Of a stretch of 64,000 bases of DNA, positions 36,668 through 46,895 are shown piece after piece (the stretch's first letter is position 1; each line of letters starts with the position of its first letter). The DNA comes from a virus, in IMG/VR virus record IMGVR_UViG_3300032284_002783, positions 12,658-76,657 of that record. One strand, 5' to 3'. The position numbers were made by a program, and so were the translations under genes. The notes below the pieces were generated by a model. It searched no databases. It was not told the origin of the DNA and saw nothing but the letters and a program-made list of their open reading frames with translations.

Positions 36668-37792
36668 TTAGACAAAGACGTCTCCTATGCTATCATTATC
36701 CGTAGTACCAGGACCCCAATAAACCGGCTCTGCCCCGCTAAGAAGATTGCAGTTCATAAATTGGCACTGTGTTGAAACTTCGCCGGGATTTGTACTTAAA
36801 ACTTTAATAGCCATCTCATCTATATCATAAAATCTGCATTGATTTAATGTAGTAAAATATGGACCGTTAAAGTTTGCTGCTAATCCTAGCGTCATACCCG
36901 ACCAACATTGAGTAAATGTGCATCTGGTAAATCCTGTAAATTTTACAGGATCATCGGAGTATACACAATAAGTTACATTTGTAAAAATACAACCTAGGAA
37001 ATCAATAGTATAGGTGATTCCGGTGTTGCCTATACTGTTCAATGTGACAGCCGCAAACGAGTTAAGTAAACCATCTCCTAATTGATAACCACCTTTAAAT
37101 TTTACAGTATCAATTTTGCAATTTTGATAACGTGTCATTTCTAGTATGGTTAAATGGTTTCCGTTTGTATCAAATGTCAAATCTGAAATATTAATGTGTT
37201 TTGGATAATAACCATTTAATCCAATATTGGCTCCTGTGGCACCTACACTATCTACGGTTTGTGCCATAGATGTTTGAGTGGTTCCAGCAGCACAACGAAT
37301 GATAGTTTTGTCAATTCCTGCGCCAACAATAGACACATATGGATATAATAAAATTGAATCAGAAATTATATATACGCCAGCCGGAAAATATAGCACCACA
37401 TGTTTTGGAATATCAGAATCTTCTAATTCGTTTACTGCATAAAATAAATCTGCAATAGCTGCGTTTATTGCAGCAGTATCATCTGTTACTCCGTCTCCTA
37501 TAACACCAAAATCTTTTATGCTTACAAAATCATTAAGTTTTTCACCAATGGGGCGATTTATACTAGATATAATATTTGCGCCCAACGGTGACCATGTATT
37601 TTTAATTATATCACTGTTGTTTGACCATTGTGTTAATACCTGTGTATTAAATCCAAATCCACTGGTGTTTCCAATGAAAAGCTCTCTGGTATCTAAACAC
37701 CATCCAAATTCGCCCTCTGCTAATGCAGTTGGTAAATCAGTTTTCAAACCTCTACGATGTTGAATTCGTGAAATACTAGTTATTGCCACCAA
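36668..37792 (-). CDS. Tail spike/fibre with pectate-lyase-like beta-helix (apparently truncated)
   Basis: RIQHRRG..LAEGEFGW head domain; VSIKDFGVIGDGVTDDTAAINAAI; LYFPAGVY. Confidence 0.8.
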   Translation of the reverse strand: MVAITSISRIQHRRGLKTDLPTALAEGEFGWCLDTRELFIGNTSGFGFNTQVLTQWSNNSDIIKNTWSPLGANIISSINRPIGEKLNDFVSIKDFGVIGDGVTDDTAAINAAIADLFYAVNELEDSDIPKHVVLYFPAGVYIISDSILLYPYVSIVGAGIDKTIIRCAAGTTQTSMAQTVDSVGATGANIGLNGYYPKHINISDLTFDTNGNHLTILEMTRYQNCKIDTVKFKGGYQLGDGLLNSFAAVTLNSIGNTGITYTIDFLGCIFTNVTYCVYSDDPVKFTGFTRCTFTQCWSGMTLGLAANFNGPYFTTLNQCRFYDIDEMAIKVLSTNPGEVSTQCQFMNCNLLSGAEPVYWGPGTTDNDSIGDVFV

Positions 37793-37946
37793 AAAATCCT
37801 TATAATAGTATATTTATTAATCTTTATATCATTTAATCTATCACAATAATTAACATATTGAATATATTAGACAATTTTGAAAAAAATTGATGCTTTTATA
37901 CATAGATCATGTTTAGACTTTTCAGTATTTTACAGTATGCTATAGC

Positions 37947-38129
37947 ATGAAGATCACATATAGAAAATGGAACAAAATTAACGATGTTCCATATGTAATT
38001 TTAGATTGGGCAAAGTATATTGGTGGCCAAAATATTACTGTGGTAGATGTGAATGAGTTAGTAACTGATTATGACGAATATGTGTCTAAACTTGATGATA
38101 TTGAGCAACACGAATCCACCATTGATTAA
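37947..38129 (+). CDS. Hypothetical protein
   Basis: 60-aa ORF with a -10-like element just upstream; overlaps the convergent gene by 44 nt. Confidence 0.4.
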   Translation: MKITYRKWNKINDVPYVILDWAKYIGGQNITVVDVNELVTDYDEYVSKLDDIEQHESTID

Positions 38130-38769
38130 CAGCTTCGTCCATTTCGTCCCCTCTAATAACCCAATATTGAGGTTCTAGATCTTTTGAACACATTAAAATA
38201 ACACCTTGATTAATATCAGTGTTGTGTATTTTATTATGTGCTGATAAGTATGCTGCTAATTGAACCTTATAATCTTCAATTTGTTGATCAGTCTTTAGTC
38301 TATTGGTTTGCTTGAAATCGATAATACTAGGTACACCTTGATACACACCAACCATATCTGAAGTTCCTGCATATAGACCAGGATAATATAATTGTGTTTC
38401 TAGTGCCCAAAATTCATCAAGAAACGGCTTAAGAAAATTTTCTAAAATTATTCCAGCCATCTTGTAGCCTTGTTTATGATAATAGTTTGTACCGGACTGA
38501 GGATTTAATCCTTTGAGATGTTTTTCTAGATATGAGTGCATTAGGGTTCCGCGAAATGCAGCTTCATTTTTAATTTCCTCGGCCTTTTTATGTCCTAATC
38601 TTCTGGCCCATGCTTCCAGTGCTTTCTTCTTTTCTTCGCTTTTTGTTTTATCTAAAATAGTAGTAACGCTTGGTAGTTTATTACCATCTGGATCTATGTA
38701 TACTCGACCATTTGGTCCACCATCTTCTCTAACCAAAGAAGCATAGGTATATTTTTGTACATGTTTCAT
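38086..38769 (-). CDS. PD-(D/E)XK exonuclease (Cas4/MGME1-like)
   Basis: PSVTTIL, RGTLMH, YAGTSD, IIDFKQT, QLAAY. Confidence 0.85.
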   Translation of the reverse strand: MKHVQKYTYASLVREDGGPNGRVYIDPDGNKLPSVTTILDKTKSEEKKKALEAWARRLGHKKAEEIKNEAAFRGTLMHSYLEKHLKGLNPQSGTNYYHKQGYKMAGIILENFLKPFLDEFWALETQLYYPGLYAGTSDMVGVYQGVPSIIDFKQTNRLKTDQQIEDYKVQLAAYLSAHNKIHNTDINQGVILMCSKDLEPQYWVIRGDEMDEAVNQWWIRVAQYHQV

Positions 38770-38781
38770 GATATATTATAG

Positions 38782-39264
38782 CTATGCTAGTTTTGAAACT
38801 CTATCTTTCTCTAGATTAATCAATTCAGAGCTGCTACCAATTTTGACATAGACGCTATTTGTTTTTAAATGTGACATTGTTGTATTGTTGACAGCGATAT
38901 TATTTGAACTAACACGAATACATAGATTATCTAATTCTTGCCAATACCACGTTGGCGATATTTGAAGTTCGCTCTTGCCTGTTTTCACCCAATAGTAATC
39001 CCCTTGATATTGCCATATAGGTTTCCATTGTTCCAATTTAGGATCATGAAGTGTTTGCATTTTATCAGCAATAAGTTCAGCCACTGTACCTTTACCATAA
39101 TTGCCAAACTCTTTTATTTCTATAAGTCCTCGTATAATATCTGGTTTTTCAGGTAAACCTTTTATTTCATCAATAGACATTGATTCGATCGAACGTACTA
39201 GATTTATTATCTTAGTTTTTTTACTAGCTAGAAGTAAATGACCAGGACCGTACATAGATCTCAT
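38782..39264 (-). CDS. Hypothetical protein
   Basis: 160-aa ORF in an operon-like run. Confidence 0.6.
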   Translation of the reverse strand: MRSMYGPGHLLLASKKTKIINLVRSIESMSIDEIKGLPEKPDIIRGLIEIKEFGNYGKGTVAELIADKMQTLHDPKLEQWKPIWQYQGDYYWVKTGKSELQISPTWYWQELDNLCIRVSSNNIAVNNTTMSHLKTNSVYVKIGSSSELINLEKDRVSKLA

Positions 39265-39267
39265 ATG

Positions 39268-41763
39268 TTACCACTGCACTGACCACATCAAGGTATTATT
39301 AGTTGCCGGATTGGTTAATCGGTTTATGGTATAACCTAGATTAGTAAAATAGGATATGATAGTATCCATGCGTTCATTATATGGACGAGACAATTGACTG
39401 TTAGTTAATGCAAGTCCTTTCCATGCGGCAAAATAATCACGACTTGAATAGTATGGATTTAACACAAATGTTCCGGTTCCTGTACCAATTGTTGCAACTG
39501 CTGTAGCTGTTGTTCCAACTGCAAAAAACGGAGCTGATAATGTCACCGACGGCACAGATGAATATCCTTGACCAGTATCAGTTAATGAAATACTTGCAAC
39601 AGAATATGCTCTAATTGGAACTAACACCGGTGGTATAGGAGTAATAGGTTGATATGTTCCTGGTATCAAATAAATGATAGGATCTGAAACATAGTTGTCT
39701 CCAATATTGTCTACAACAATATTATCAACCCCTGTTCCATTTAATAGAGAAACCGCAGTAGCTAATCCATCTATAGTTACCTTTGGCGGAACGTTGTATC
39801 CGCTGCCGCTGTTAGTCACTATGATGTTAGCTAATGGTGTCGCAGTTAATACAGCACTAGTTTGTGCACCATTTCCGTTTCCAACAATGGTAATTGTAGG
39901 AGTTCCGGTGTAGCCTACTCCAGGAGTTAACACATCTATAGATGTAATTTGACCGCCAACTATGTTGGCCAAGAGTGTTGCATCAACCGATGCTCCACCA
40001 CCGCTGGCTGTAACTGTTGCATAGGTATAACCAGTGCCCGGTGAAATCATAGATACAGAATTCAATGTTGTTGGAATTAAGAACGCTTCACCGGTTGCGC
40101 CGGTTCCGTTTGATAACGTAACCGTTGGAATACTAGTATAACCGTATCCTGTTTTTTCAATGACAAACCCATCTACACTACCTGCGTTAAGAGTGGCTCT
40201 CGCCATTGCAGTTTGTCCTGTTGAGCTAGGTGATGATATTGTAACAACCGGAGGTACAACATATCCCGATCCAGCTGTTTGTACATTGATGCTGCTAACA
40301 CCCATCAACAAATTAAAGGCTGCAAGAGTTCCGCTGCCGCCAATTACAGGATTATTAACTGTGCCAGGTAATGCTGTAAATGCTCCGCCGTCCTCTAACG
40401 TATAAGTTAATATCCCGCCAAACGTGTCAACTGTTTGCACTTTAATCCATGCATTTCTTGATGCTGTTCCGCCACTTACTAACAAGCTGTCACCGGCCTG
40501 ATAATTAGCTCCAGGACTGACTAATTGTACATTAACAACTGTCATGGTAATTAATCCTGCAGATGCTCCGCTGCCCTGTGTATCAATTGACACAGCAGGA
40601 GTCTGAGTATATGTTGATCCACCGTCAAATGTTAAGGTAATATTTCCTACACCAGTTGGTTGTAGCATAACAGTAGCAGATGCACCCGAACCGGTATCAA
40701 AATCAACACCTGATACATCAAGATATCCATAGCCTGCGTTAGTAATTATAATTTCATTTACGCTGCCTCCATACAAGGTTGCAGTTGCAGTTGCACCAGT
40801 TCCTGTTGTGCTGTTTATTACTATTTTTGGTGGTGATACATAGTTAGTACCTGCATTGCTGATTGCAATAGATTTAATACCAAAGCTTAAATTTACTGTG
40901 CAGCCTGTTCCTCCACCGGGAGATACTGTTGTAGTCGCTGCGACAACACTTGGTAATGTGTTGTATGCTCCACTATTTGCAACAGCCACAGCTAATATTG
41001 CACCTGTGTTGTTTACATCGGTTACCTGAATAGTAGTTGGAGTGCCTACGCCGCCTATTACAGATAGCAAATCACCTATTCTATAATTCTGTCCGGTAGC
41101 TGCAATAGTTGCGGATACACAAGCAAATGTTATTGCTCCTGCTACTGCGCCGGTTCCTGTAGGAACTATTTGCACAGTAGGTAAATCTGTGTATCCGCCG
41201 CCGGAAGTTGTATTGTTAATAGCAACTAGGCTTCCATAGCTAGCAAGATATGCTGTTGCAGCAGCAGTAGTAGTAGGATTACCACCTGAAAAATTTACTG
41301 CAGGCGCTTGTAAATATCCGCTGCCTTGATTTGTTAATGTTATAGAGTTTACGCTGGACGTAATTGAAATAGATACAGGCATGCCAGACACAGCATTAGC
41401 AAAACTGGTAGCAAGTTTGATATGATCGTAATCAACAAAAATTACATAATAATAAGCAGTGTTTGTCAATGGACCAGGTAAAGTTCCAGTAGAAGATAAG
41501 GTAACACAATCTCCTGTTGAAAGTCCGTGATTAGGAACATAAAAAATTCCTGTAGAAGGATCCACTGTCCATACTTCACTAGGAGCAGGTGAACTTTCTG
41601 TCATTGGTGTTCCATCTGATACAGTGCAATCAAAAAAGCCTAATTTTACTGCTGATAAAATTGCTGATTCAATTGCTCTAGCTTCGTCGTGCACAACTGT
41701 TTCACGAATAGGATTTTGTCTTGCATCACTAGCCGATATAAAAATAGTCGAACTCTGCGCCAT
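39268..41763 (-). CDS. Virion fibre/structural protein with tandem beta-repeats
   Basis: More than ten repeats of V..I.xTNxGSGY...PxV.I..GxGAxA; G/T/S/A-rich. Confidence 0.75.
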   Translation of the reverse strand: MAQSSTIFISASDARQNPIRETVVHDEARAIESAILSAVKLGFFDCTVSDGTPMTESSPAPSEVWTVDPSTGIFYVPNHGLSTGDCVTLSSTGTLPGPLTNTAYYYVIFVDYDHIKLATSFANAVSGMPVSISITSSVNSITLTNQGSGYLQAPAVNFSGGNPTTTAAATAYLASYGSLVAINNTTSGGGYTDLPTVQIVPTGTGAVAGAITFACVSATIAATGQNYRIGDLLSVIGGVGTPTTIQVTDVNNTGAILAVAVANSGAYNTLPSVVAATTTVSPGGGTGCTVNLSFGIKSIAISNAGTNYVSPPKIVINSTTGTGATATATLYGGSVNEIIITNAGYGYLDVSGVDFDTGSGASATVMLQPTGVGNITLTFDGGSTYTQTPAVSIDTQGSGASAGLITMTVVNVQLVSPGANYQAGDSLLVSGGTASRNAWIKVQTVDTFGGILTYTLEDGGAFTALPGTVNNPVIGGSGTLAAFNLLMGVSSINVQTAGSGYVVPPVVTISSPSSTGQTAMARATLNAGSVDGFVIEKTGYGYTSIPTVTLSNGTGATGEAFLIPTTLNSVSMISPGTGYTYATVTASGGGASVDATLLANIVGGQITSIDVLTPGVGYTGTPTITIVGNGNGAQTSAVLTATPLANIIVTNSGSGYNVPPKVTIDGLATAVSLLNGTGVDNIVVDNIGDNYVSDPIIYLIPGTYQPITPIPPVLVPIRAYSVASISLTDTGQGYSSVPSVTLSAPFFAVGTTATAVATIGTGTGTFVLNPYYSSRDYFAAWKGLALTNSQLSRPYNERMDTIISYFTNLGYTINRLTNPATNNTLMWSVQW

Positions 41764-42137
41764 TATTTTGCTTCTCCACTGTGGACGGCTTTCTTTGCTG
41801 CTTTTTTAGCAATACGATCAATTTTTTCTTCTGATTTTTCCTGTTGTGATTTCGAAGGTGTACTATCAGGCTGATCAGTTTTTAGTTCAATGTCATCAAC
41901 GCCGCTGCGTTTAACAATTGAGTCAAACGGCGGCTTTGATAAAATTTCACTGACATTATGAGAAGTTATGTCGTAGCCAATTTTTCTCAAAAAGGTTAAC
42001 ACTCCTTCTTCTGTCTCTGTTTTTTTCATAGGAATTTTGTTAATGCCTTTTTGTTTATAGGCCATGAGGACATCCATGAGATCATTTTTGATTTCATCGG
42101 CTGTACTATCCTCATTTAGAATTTCGCAAATACGCAT
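41763..42137 (-). CDS. Hypothetical, probable head protein
   Basis: MRICEILNED N-terminus; located in the late cluster. Confidence 0.55.
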   Translation of the reverse strand: MRICEILNEDSTADEIKNDLMDVLMAYKQKGINKIPMKKTETEEGVLTFLRKIGYDITSHNVSEILSKPPFDSIVKRSGVDDIELKTDQPDSTPSKSQQEKSEEKIDRIAKKAAKKAVHSGEAK

Positions 42138-44713
42138 TAATTTCCTTTGATCATTGTATCAATAACTTTGTCAAATGTGTCAGGTTCTATTAACTTGACG
42201 TTGTCAATAGTTTTTTGATTTACATCAACCCAATAATCTCTGGTGTTTTGACTTTCGAACATCTTTTTACTCAACTTACCATTACGTGTGTAAATTACAC
42301 CGTATGGTGTGATATTCTTAATAGCGGCTAATGTTTCAGCTTTTTGATTAGTTTTAATTTGCTCAAGAAGACTGTTAATGCCTTGTTTCATTTCATAAAC
42401 AAGTACACTAGATGCTTCATCGATCTCTCTTTTTACTGTAGACATTTTATCAATTATTGCTTGGCCTTCTAAACCATAACCAATAGCTAATGGATCTTTA
42501 ATTGTTCCTGCTGTTACTGATTCAGCAAATTTTGCCTTATGTAATTCTAGTTGGCGTGCTAGGTTTTCCAGCATTTTATTCTTGTTTTCAACTAAAGCTT
42601 TTGTTTGGTTAAACTTTTCAGTTGATTCGCCAAACTGCTTCCAGGCACGACCATAAAGTACTGACATGCCTTTCTTAGGTCCATATTGCTTGATGAATCT
42701 AGCTTTATTGCTCTTGATCCAATGTTCTGCTTCCTTGCCAGGAGGAGCTTTCTCACGAACTACTGTTTCTTCCAATTTCTTTTCAATTGATGCAATGATT
42801 TCATCTCTCTTTTTAATGCCTTTTTTAGTGAGATGCTTGCCAGTCCAGTATGCTTTGCCCATCTTCTTTACTTGAGCTGTGGCAACTGCGCCCGGATCTT
42901 TAGCTTTCTTAGCTTCACTTACTTCTTTCTTTGCGCGACCAAGTGGCTCTTCTGGAGCAACTTCTGGTTCCTCGCCTTTTGCAGCAGGCTCTTCTGCAGG
43001 TAATTCTGGTTCACCGGTTGGTTGTGACTTTTCAAGATCACTGGTAGCACCCGGTATTTGTCCTGCTTGTATAGCAGCTACAGCAGTATCAATAGCTTCT
43101 TTAGTTTTACTTGCTACTGACAGCAACTCTTCCAGTGCAGTCTTAACTACTGTGTTGTAACCATTAGCTGCATCACCACCAAAGTGAATACGCAGAGTAT
43201 CTACCAATGGCATAAGGTCTTCTACACTTAGCTTAGATGTAGTTTCAGCTATTTTTTGAATAGCATCGCTCATGTCCTGTGCTGTTAAAATTGCCTTGGC
43301 TCTTTGTAGATCTTCAGTTTGCTCAGCTTCTAATAATTTTGCTTCATTCATTTTTCTTTTCATTTCTGCACGACCTTCGTCAAAATGACTGTCCAATCCA
43401 TGTTGTTCAAACTGCACGTATTCTAAATAGTGCTTGCAGGAGCTAATGCATTCACTAGCTGTGGTTAGTTTCATAGCTACCCAACCTTCTAGTTTTTCTC
43501 CTGGCTGTATCATGTTGAAAAGTTTGATACTGTATTCAACAATTAACATGCAGTTTTCTCTAGCTACACTGCCACTGGTCTCCCCCAATTCCATTTCGCC
43601 ATCCATGCCTTCTGGAAGCTTCTCTGGTTCAAACTTCTTGTAATAATCTAGATAATGAAATATCTTATCTAGGTAGTTTGCAGCCTTTGTTAGGTTAGCT
43701 GCGATCCAAGGTTGTATTTCATTGTATGGATCAATTTGCTTAAGCATGCTCATTGCGTATTTGGCATTGCGATATAATTCACTGCGTGCCATGCTAGCTT
43801 GATACTCATAATCAACCTGCTGATTCATAGCACTTTCCAAAATTTGCTGTGTGTGTTTAGCCATAGGTCTTCCTTTGTTTTCTGTAATCGTTTCATCAAC
43901 ACCAGTCTCATGCACATTATGCAGACCAGGCGTTGGAGTTTCATGTGTGTTGTTAGCTGTCATTATTGTAATTTTTTCTTTAATTTTCTTAGGCATCAAT
44001 TGACGTTGAGCTAAACGAATTATTCTCTTGTCATTATCGCTTAGAAAACCAAATTCACCTTTTGACAACATTAGTTTACTGCCTACGCGATTGAAGGCAT
44101 TAGTCTCTACAGGGTTTGGCCCTTTAAAATCTATCATTTCGGCTGCTAATTTTTCATAATATGGCAAATTACTGCTGTAACCTTTCGAACCAATATCAGA
44201 TGATGTTTTACTCTTGTGTAAAACATCATTAACAACCGCATCGGCGTCAGACATATCGTCTACATATCTAGTTTCAAAATCCTTGCTTTCAACTTCATTT
44301 TTGAAAAGTTTTATCGCATATCTATGAGGGGCTGCTATTTCTTTATAAACCCTAACCTCGTGTTCCGGTGTTCCCATAGATTTAACCAGCTGCATGCTGG
44401 ATATTGGAATCTTGCTTTCTTTAACTTTTCTTCTACGACGTTTTGGAGCTATTTCTTTTAGCATTATTTTAACAGCTTCAAGTATTAGCAAAGTTTGTGT
44501 ATATTCGGGATTAGTTTGATAGCTATTGAAGCTACTGGTTTCAATTATTTGATCTCTACGCTTTTCATATGAAATCTTAGTTTCAACTAGTTGTTTGGTA
44601 AAAAACTTATTAGACGGATCAAAGTTTAACTTAATACCATGTATAGTTTCTAAGGTGTGAAAAATTTGATTCAACCTTGCATGTTCAGATTTTTCAAACT
44701 GATTTAGATACAT
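42137..44713 (-). CDS. Large, probably internal head/core protein
   Basis: 858 aa, helical, duplicated domain (43418-43798), many [LIV]-x-E sites; late promoter at 44756-44761. Confidence 0.55.
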   Translation of the reverse strand: MYLNQFEKSEHARLNQIFHTLETIHGIKLNFDPSNKFFTKQLVETKISYEKRRDQIIETSSFNSYQTNPEYTQTLLILEAVKIMLKEIAPKRRRRKVKESKIPISSMQLVKSMGTPEHEVRVYKEIAAPHRYAIKLFKNEVESKDFETRYVDDMSDADAVVNDVLHKSKTSSDIGSKGYSSNLPYYEKLAAEMIDFKGPNPVETNAFNRVGSKLMLSKGEFGFLSDNDKRIIRLAQRQLMPKKIKEKITIMTANNTHETPTPGLHNVHETGVDETITENKGRPMAKHTQQILESAMNQQVDYEYQASMARSELYRNAKYAMSMLKQIDPYNEIQPWIAANLTKAANYLDKIFHYLDYYKKFEPEKLPEGMDGEMELGETSGSVARENCMLIVEYSIKLFNMIQPGEKLEGWVAMKLTTASECISSCKHYLEYVQFEQHGLDSHFDEGRAEMKRKMNEAKLLEAEQTEDLQRAKAILTAQDMSDAIQKIAETTSKLSVEDLMPLVDTLRIHFGGDAANGYNTVVKTALEELLSVASKTKEAIDTAVAAIQAGQIPGATSDLEKSQPTGEPELPAEEPAAKGEEPEVAPEEPLGRAKKEVSEAKKAKDPGAVATAQVKKMGKAYWTGKHLTKKGIKKRDEIIASIEKKLEETVVREKAPPGKEAEHWIKSNKARFIKQYGPKKGMSVLYGRAWKQFGESTEKFNQTKALVENKNKMLENLARQLELHKAKFAESVTAGTIKDPLAIGYGLEGQAIIDKMSTVKREIDEASSVLVYEMKQGINSLLEQIKTNQKAETLAAIKNITPYGVIYTRNGKLSKKMFESQNTRDYWVDVNQKTIDNVKLIEPDTFDKVIDTMIKGN

Positions 44714-44784
44714 AATAACCTAGCTCCTGGCCATACGACCATATATATTATAGGTTATTTATCAATTTTATGATATGATTTAAC

Positions 44785-45111
44785 TTACAAACTAAAACTT
44801 GTACCACATCCACAGCTTGAAGAAGCTTCTGGTATATCCACAATAAACATGCTACCCATTAGATCAGTTCGGTAGTCAATAGTAGCATGCCCTATGATTT
44901 CTAAACTAATTTTATCAATTAACAATTGACTATCATGACAAGGGTACTGAAAATCATCCTCTGCAGCTACCTTATCCAATGACCACACCTTGCTAAAACC
45001 GTTACAACCGCCGCTAGTTATAGCTAAACGGACATATTGTCCTGCATTTTGTTTTGATATTTTATCAATTTGGTTTTTTGCTGCTTCTGTAATATTAATA
45101 TTATCTGACAT
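44785..45111 (-). CDS. HesB/IscA/ErpA-family A-type Fe-S carrier (second copy)
   Basis: ITEAAK..VRLAITSGGCNGF..SCGCGTSF. Confidence 0.88.
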   Translation of the reverse strand: MSDNINITEAAKNQIDKISKQNAGQYVRLAITSGGCNGFSKVWSLDKVAAEDDFQYPCHDSQLLIDKISLEIIGHATIDYRTDLMGSMFIVDIPEASSSCGCGTSFSL

Positions 45112-45742
45112 TTGCTAGATTTTTGATTTGCCTTTTAGCGGTCATAGCTTTATCAAGACTGGCTTGATATCTGCTCTCATATATATCTTGTTTTATTTTA
45201 TCCGTATTTTTTTGGAGCTTTCTTTTATATACAAGTGCATCAATTTTATGGGCAGTATAAATGTCATCTTGTTCAAACAATTTTCTAATTTCTTTACAAT
45301 TAGTAAATTTACCATTGTTCAATGCTCTAACCACAGCTAATGCAGTTTCATAAAGGCTTATATCATCTGCTATCACATCATTGGTTATTGAATGATATAT
45401 GCTATAATATTGTTTACCAGCTAAACGTTTGGCATTTTCTTTTATCATTATTTGATATCGTCCGACATTTACACCGTCTTTGACTCTTTCAGTTTGAATG
45501 GCTTCAACGAGCTCTTTATCTACACTTTCATGTAATGTTACAGGAGTAGGCAAATTATTCAATTTAGTTAGAATGTTAGCCATGGCCGAAATATCAGCTT
45601 GTGTAGGCACTCCGGGACCTGCTAATTCAACAGGTGAAGTTCCTTCTACATGGTGTTGTGTTGGAGCCGGTGCTACGGGATTTCCATTAAGAATATTCAA
45701 CAGGCGAGACATAGCATCTTTATCTTGTTGGCTAACTGTCAT
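45101..45742 (-). CDS. Hypothetical protein
   Basis: 213-aa ORF with GGAGG SD. Confidence 0.65.
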   Translation of the reverse strand: MTVSQQDKDAMSRLLNILNGNPVAPAPTQHHVEGTSPVELAGPGVPTQADISAMANILTKLNNLPTPVTLHESVDKELVEAIQTERVKDGVNVGRYQIMIKENAKRLAGKQYYSIYHSITNDVIADDISLYETALAVVRALNNGKFTNCKEIRKLFEQDDIYTAHKIDALVYKRKLQKNTDKIKQDIYESRYQASLDKAMTAKRQIKNLANVR

Positions 45743-45744
45743 GT

Positions 45745-45975
45745 TTATCCTCCTAGCATATCATCTATTGGGGTCGAAACGAAATAAAGTTTGTCTTGCA
45801 TTTTGACTCTAGTCAATATACCTCTATTAACCAGATTTTTGGCTAGTTCTTTTTCTCTTTCTGTAAGACTTTCTTTAGGTAACGGCTTTTGATATTCTTT
45901 TACCTTTTCTAAAAGAATATTTTCTTCGTTGCTAACTGGTTGCAAAATACTGCCGGCTATTTCTATAAATTTCAT
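45745..45975 (-). CDS. Small winged-helix-like protein
   Basis: LTEREKELAKNLVNRGILTR. Confidence 0.5.
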   Translation of the reverse strand: MKFIEIAGSILQPVSNEENILLEKVKEYQKPLPKESLTEREKELAKNLVNRGILTRVKMQDKLYFVSTPIDDMLGG

Positions 45976-46661
45976 GCTTGTGTCATTTTTTTAGCTGTTT
46001 GAATTAAAAATGCTCCTAATCCAACTGCTGTATCTAATTTTGGTTCGATATCTGCTGGTATTTCATTCTTAGCTTTCATGTCATTAATGACAGTGTTTAA
46101 GCCAATTAACACCTGCCCAACTGTTGCCAATCTAGCAGCACCGGGATTGTTTTTATATTCACCGGCTATGTTAGCTCTCATAAGTTGTTGAAACATATTT
46201 GTAGCATCGGCTTCTTCTAATACGTCTCCAGATATTTCTTCAGGTTCTGTAGGTTCGCAAATATTGGTGGTACTTAATCCTGCAAGCTGCATCATACGAT
46301 TTAGAGGATTTAACGGCTGCATAGTTCCCATAACAGCCTCAGACAACGAAGTATTTAAGACCATTTTCAGTTTACCTTCGTATAATATTCCAACGGTATT
46401 ATTTGGACCTTGTGGAATTTCAACTGTAACTTCATTGCCTTTATAAACGGCTGTATCGCCTTTTGTCCAATTACTATCATTCATATCGATTGCCTCCGAA
46501 ACTTGTAAAGGGTGTTTAGCATTTCGGCTCCATCTATCATGTACACTATTCCATTCGGCTTCATTAACAGTGTCTTGTGGGGCCATAAGTCTACGAGCTT
46601 TCATATCTTCCTCCAAGTTTTTAATAAAATCTTTGTTTAGATAATCACGTAAGGAACTCAT
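45972..46661 (-). CDS. Hypothetical, probable head protein
   Basis: RMMQLAGL motif; [LV]-x-E-A sites. Confidence 0.55.
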   Translation of the reverse strand: MSSLRDYLNKDFIKNLEEDMKARRLMAPQDTVNEAEWNSVHDRWSRNAKHPLQVSEAIDMNDSNWTKGDTAVYKGNEVTVEIPQGPNNTVGILYEGKLKMVLNTSLSEAVMGTMQPLNPLNRMMQLAGLSTTNICEPTEPEEISGDVLEEADATNMFQQLMRANIAGEYKNNPGAARLATVGQVLIGLNTVINDMKAKNEIPADIEPKLDTAVGLGAFLIQTAKKMTQA

Positions 46662-46813
46662 TTGCGTTCCTTACTAATTGGAAAAAATGTTTTTTGTAGC
46701 GTTGAGGATTTTTCAACAGATGCGGGTTTCCAAACGGTTTTCAATTTACCATTTTTGCGTATAATTTTTTTTACTTTTGATATTGGTGGTCCAAAAAGCT
46801 CATCGAGGATCAT
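46658..46813 (-). CDS. Small basic protein
   Basis: Probable start MILDELFG at 46813, after the late promoter at 46837-46842. Confidence 0.5.
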   Translation of the reverse strand: MILDELFGPPISKVKKIIRKNGKLKTVWKPASVEKSSTLQKTFFPISKERK

Positions 46814-46847
46814 AAGTTTACCTGTTGTCAACAAGATATTTATCAAA

Positions 46848-46876
46848 AAGAAAGGCGCATCTTCTGCGCCTTTCTT
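46848..46876 (-). terminator. Intrinsic terminator
   Basis: AAGAAAGGCGCA-tcttc-TGCGCCTTTCTT, T-tract on the minus strand. Confidence 0.8.
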
Positions 46877-46895
46877 GAACAATATAACTCTAATA

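Noticed and set aside
36284-36670. Stop-codon reassignment as the explanation for in-frame stops
   Set aside because: TAA, TAG and TGA all end conserved genes correctly elsewhere, and the interruptions are confined to this one gene
38086-38769. CRISPR-associated Cas4 or a CRISPR array
   Set aside because: No repeat-spacer array or other cas genes seen in the window; the protein lacks the Cas4 Fe-S cysteine cluster
39268-41763. Diversity-generating retroelement or DNA-level repeat array
   Set aside because: Repeats are degenerate and visible only at protein level; no reverse transcriptase or TR/VR pair seen
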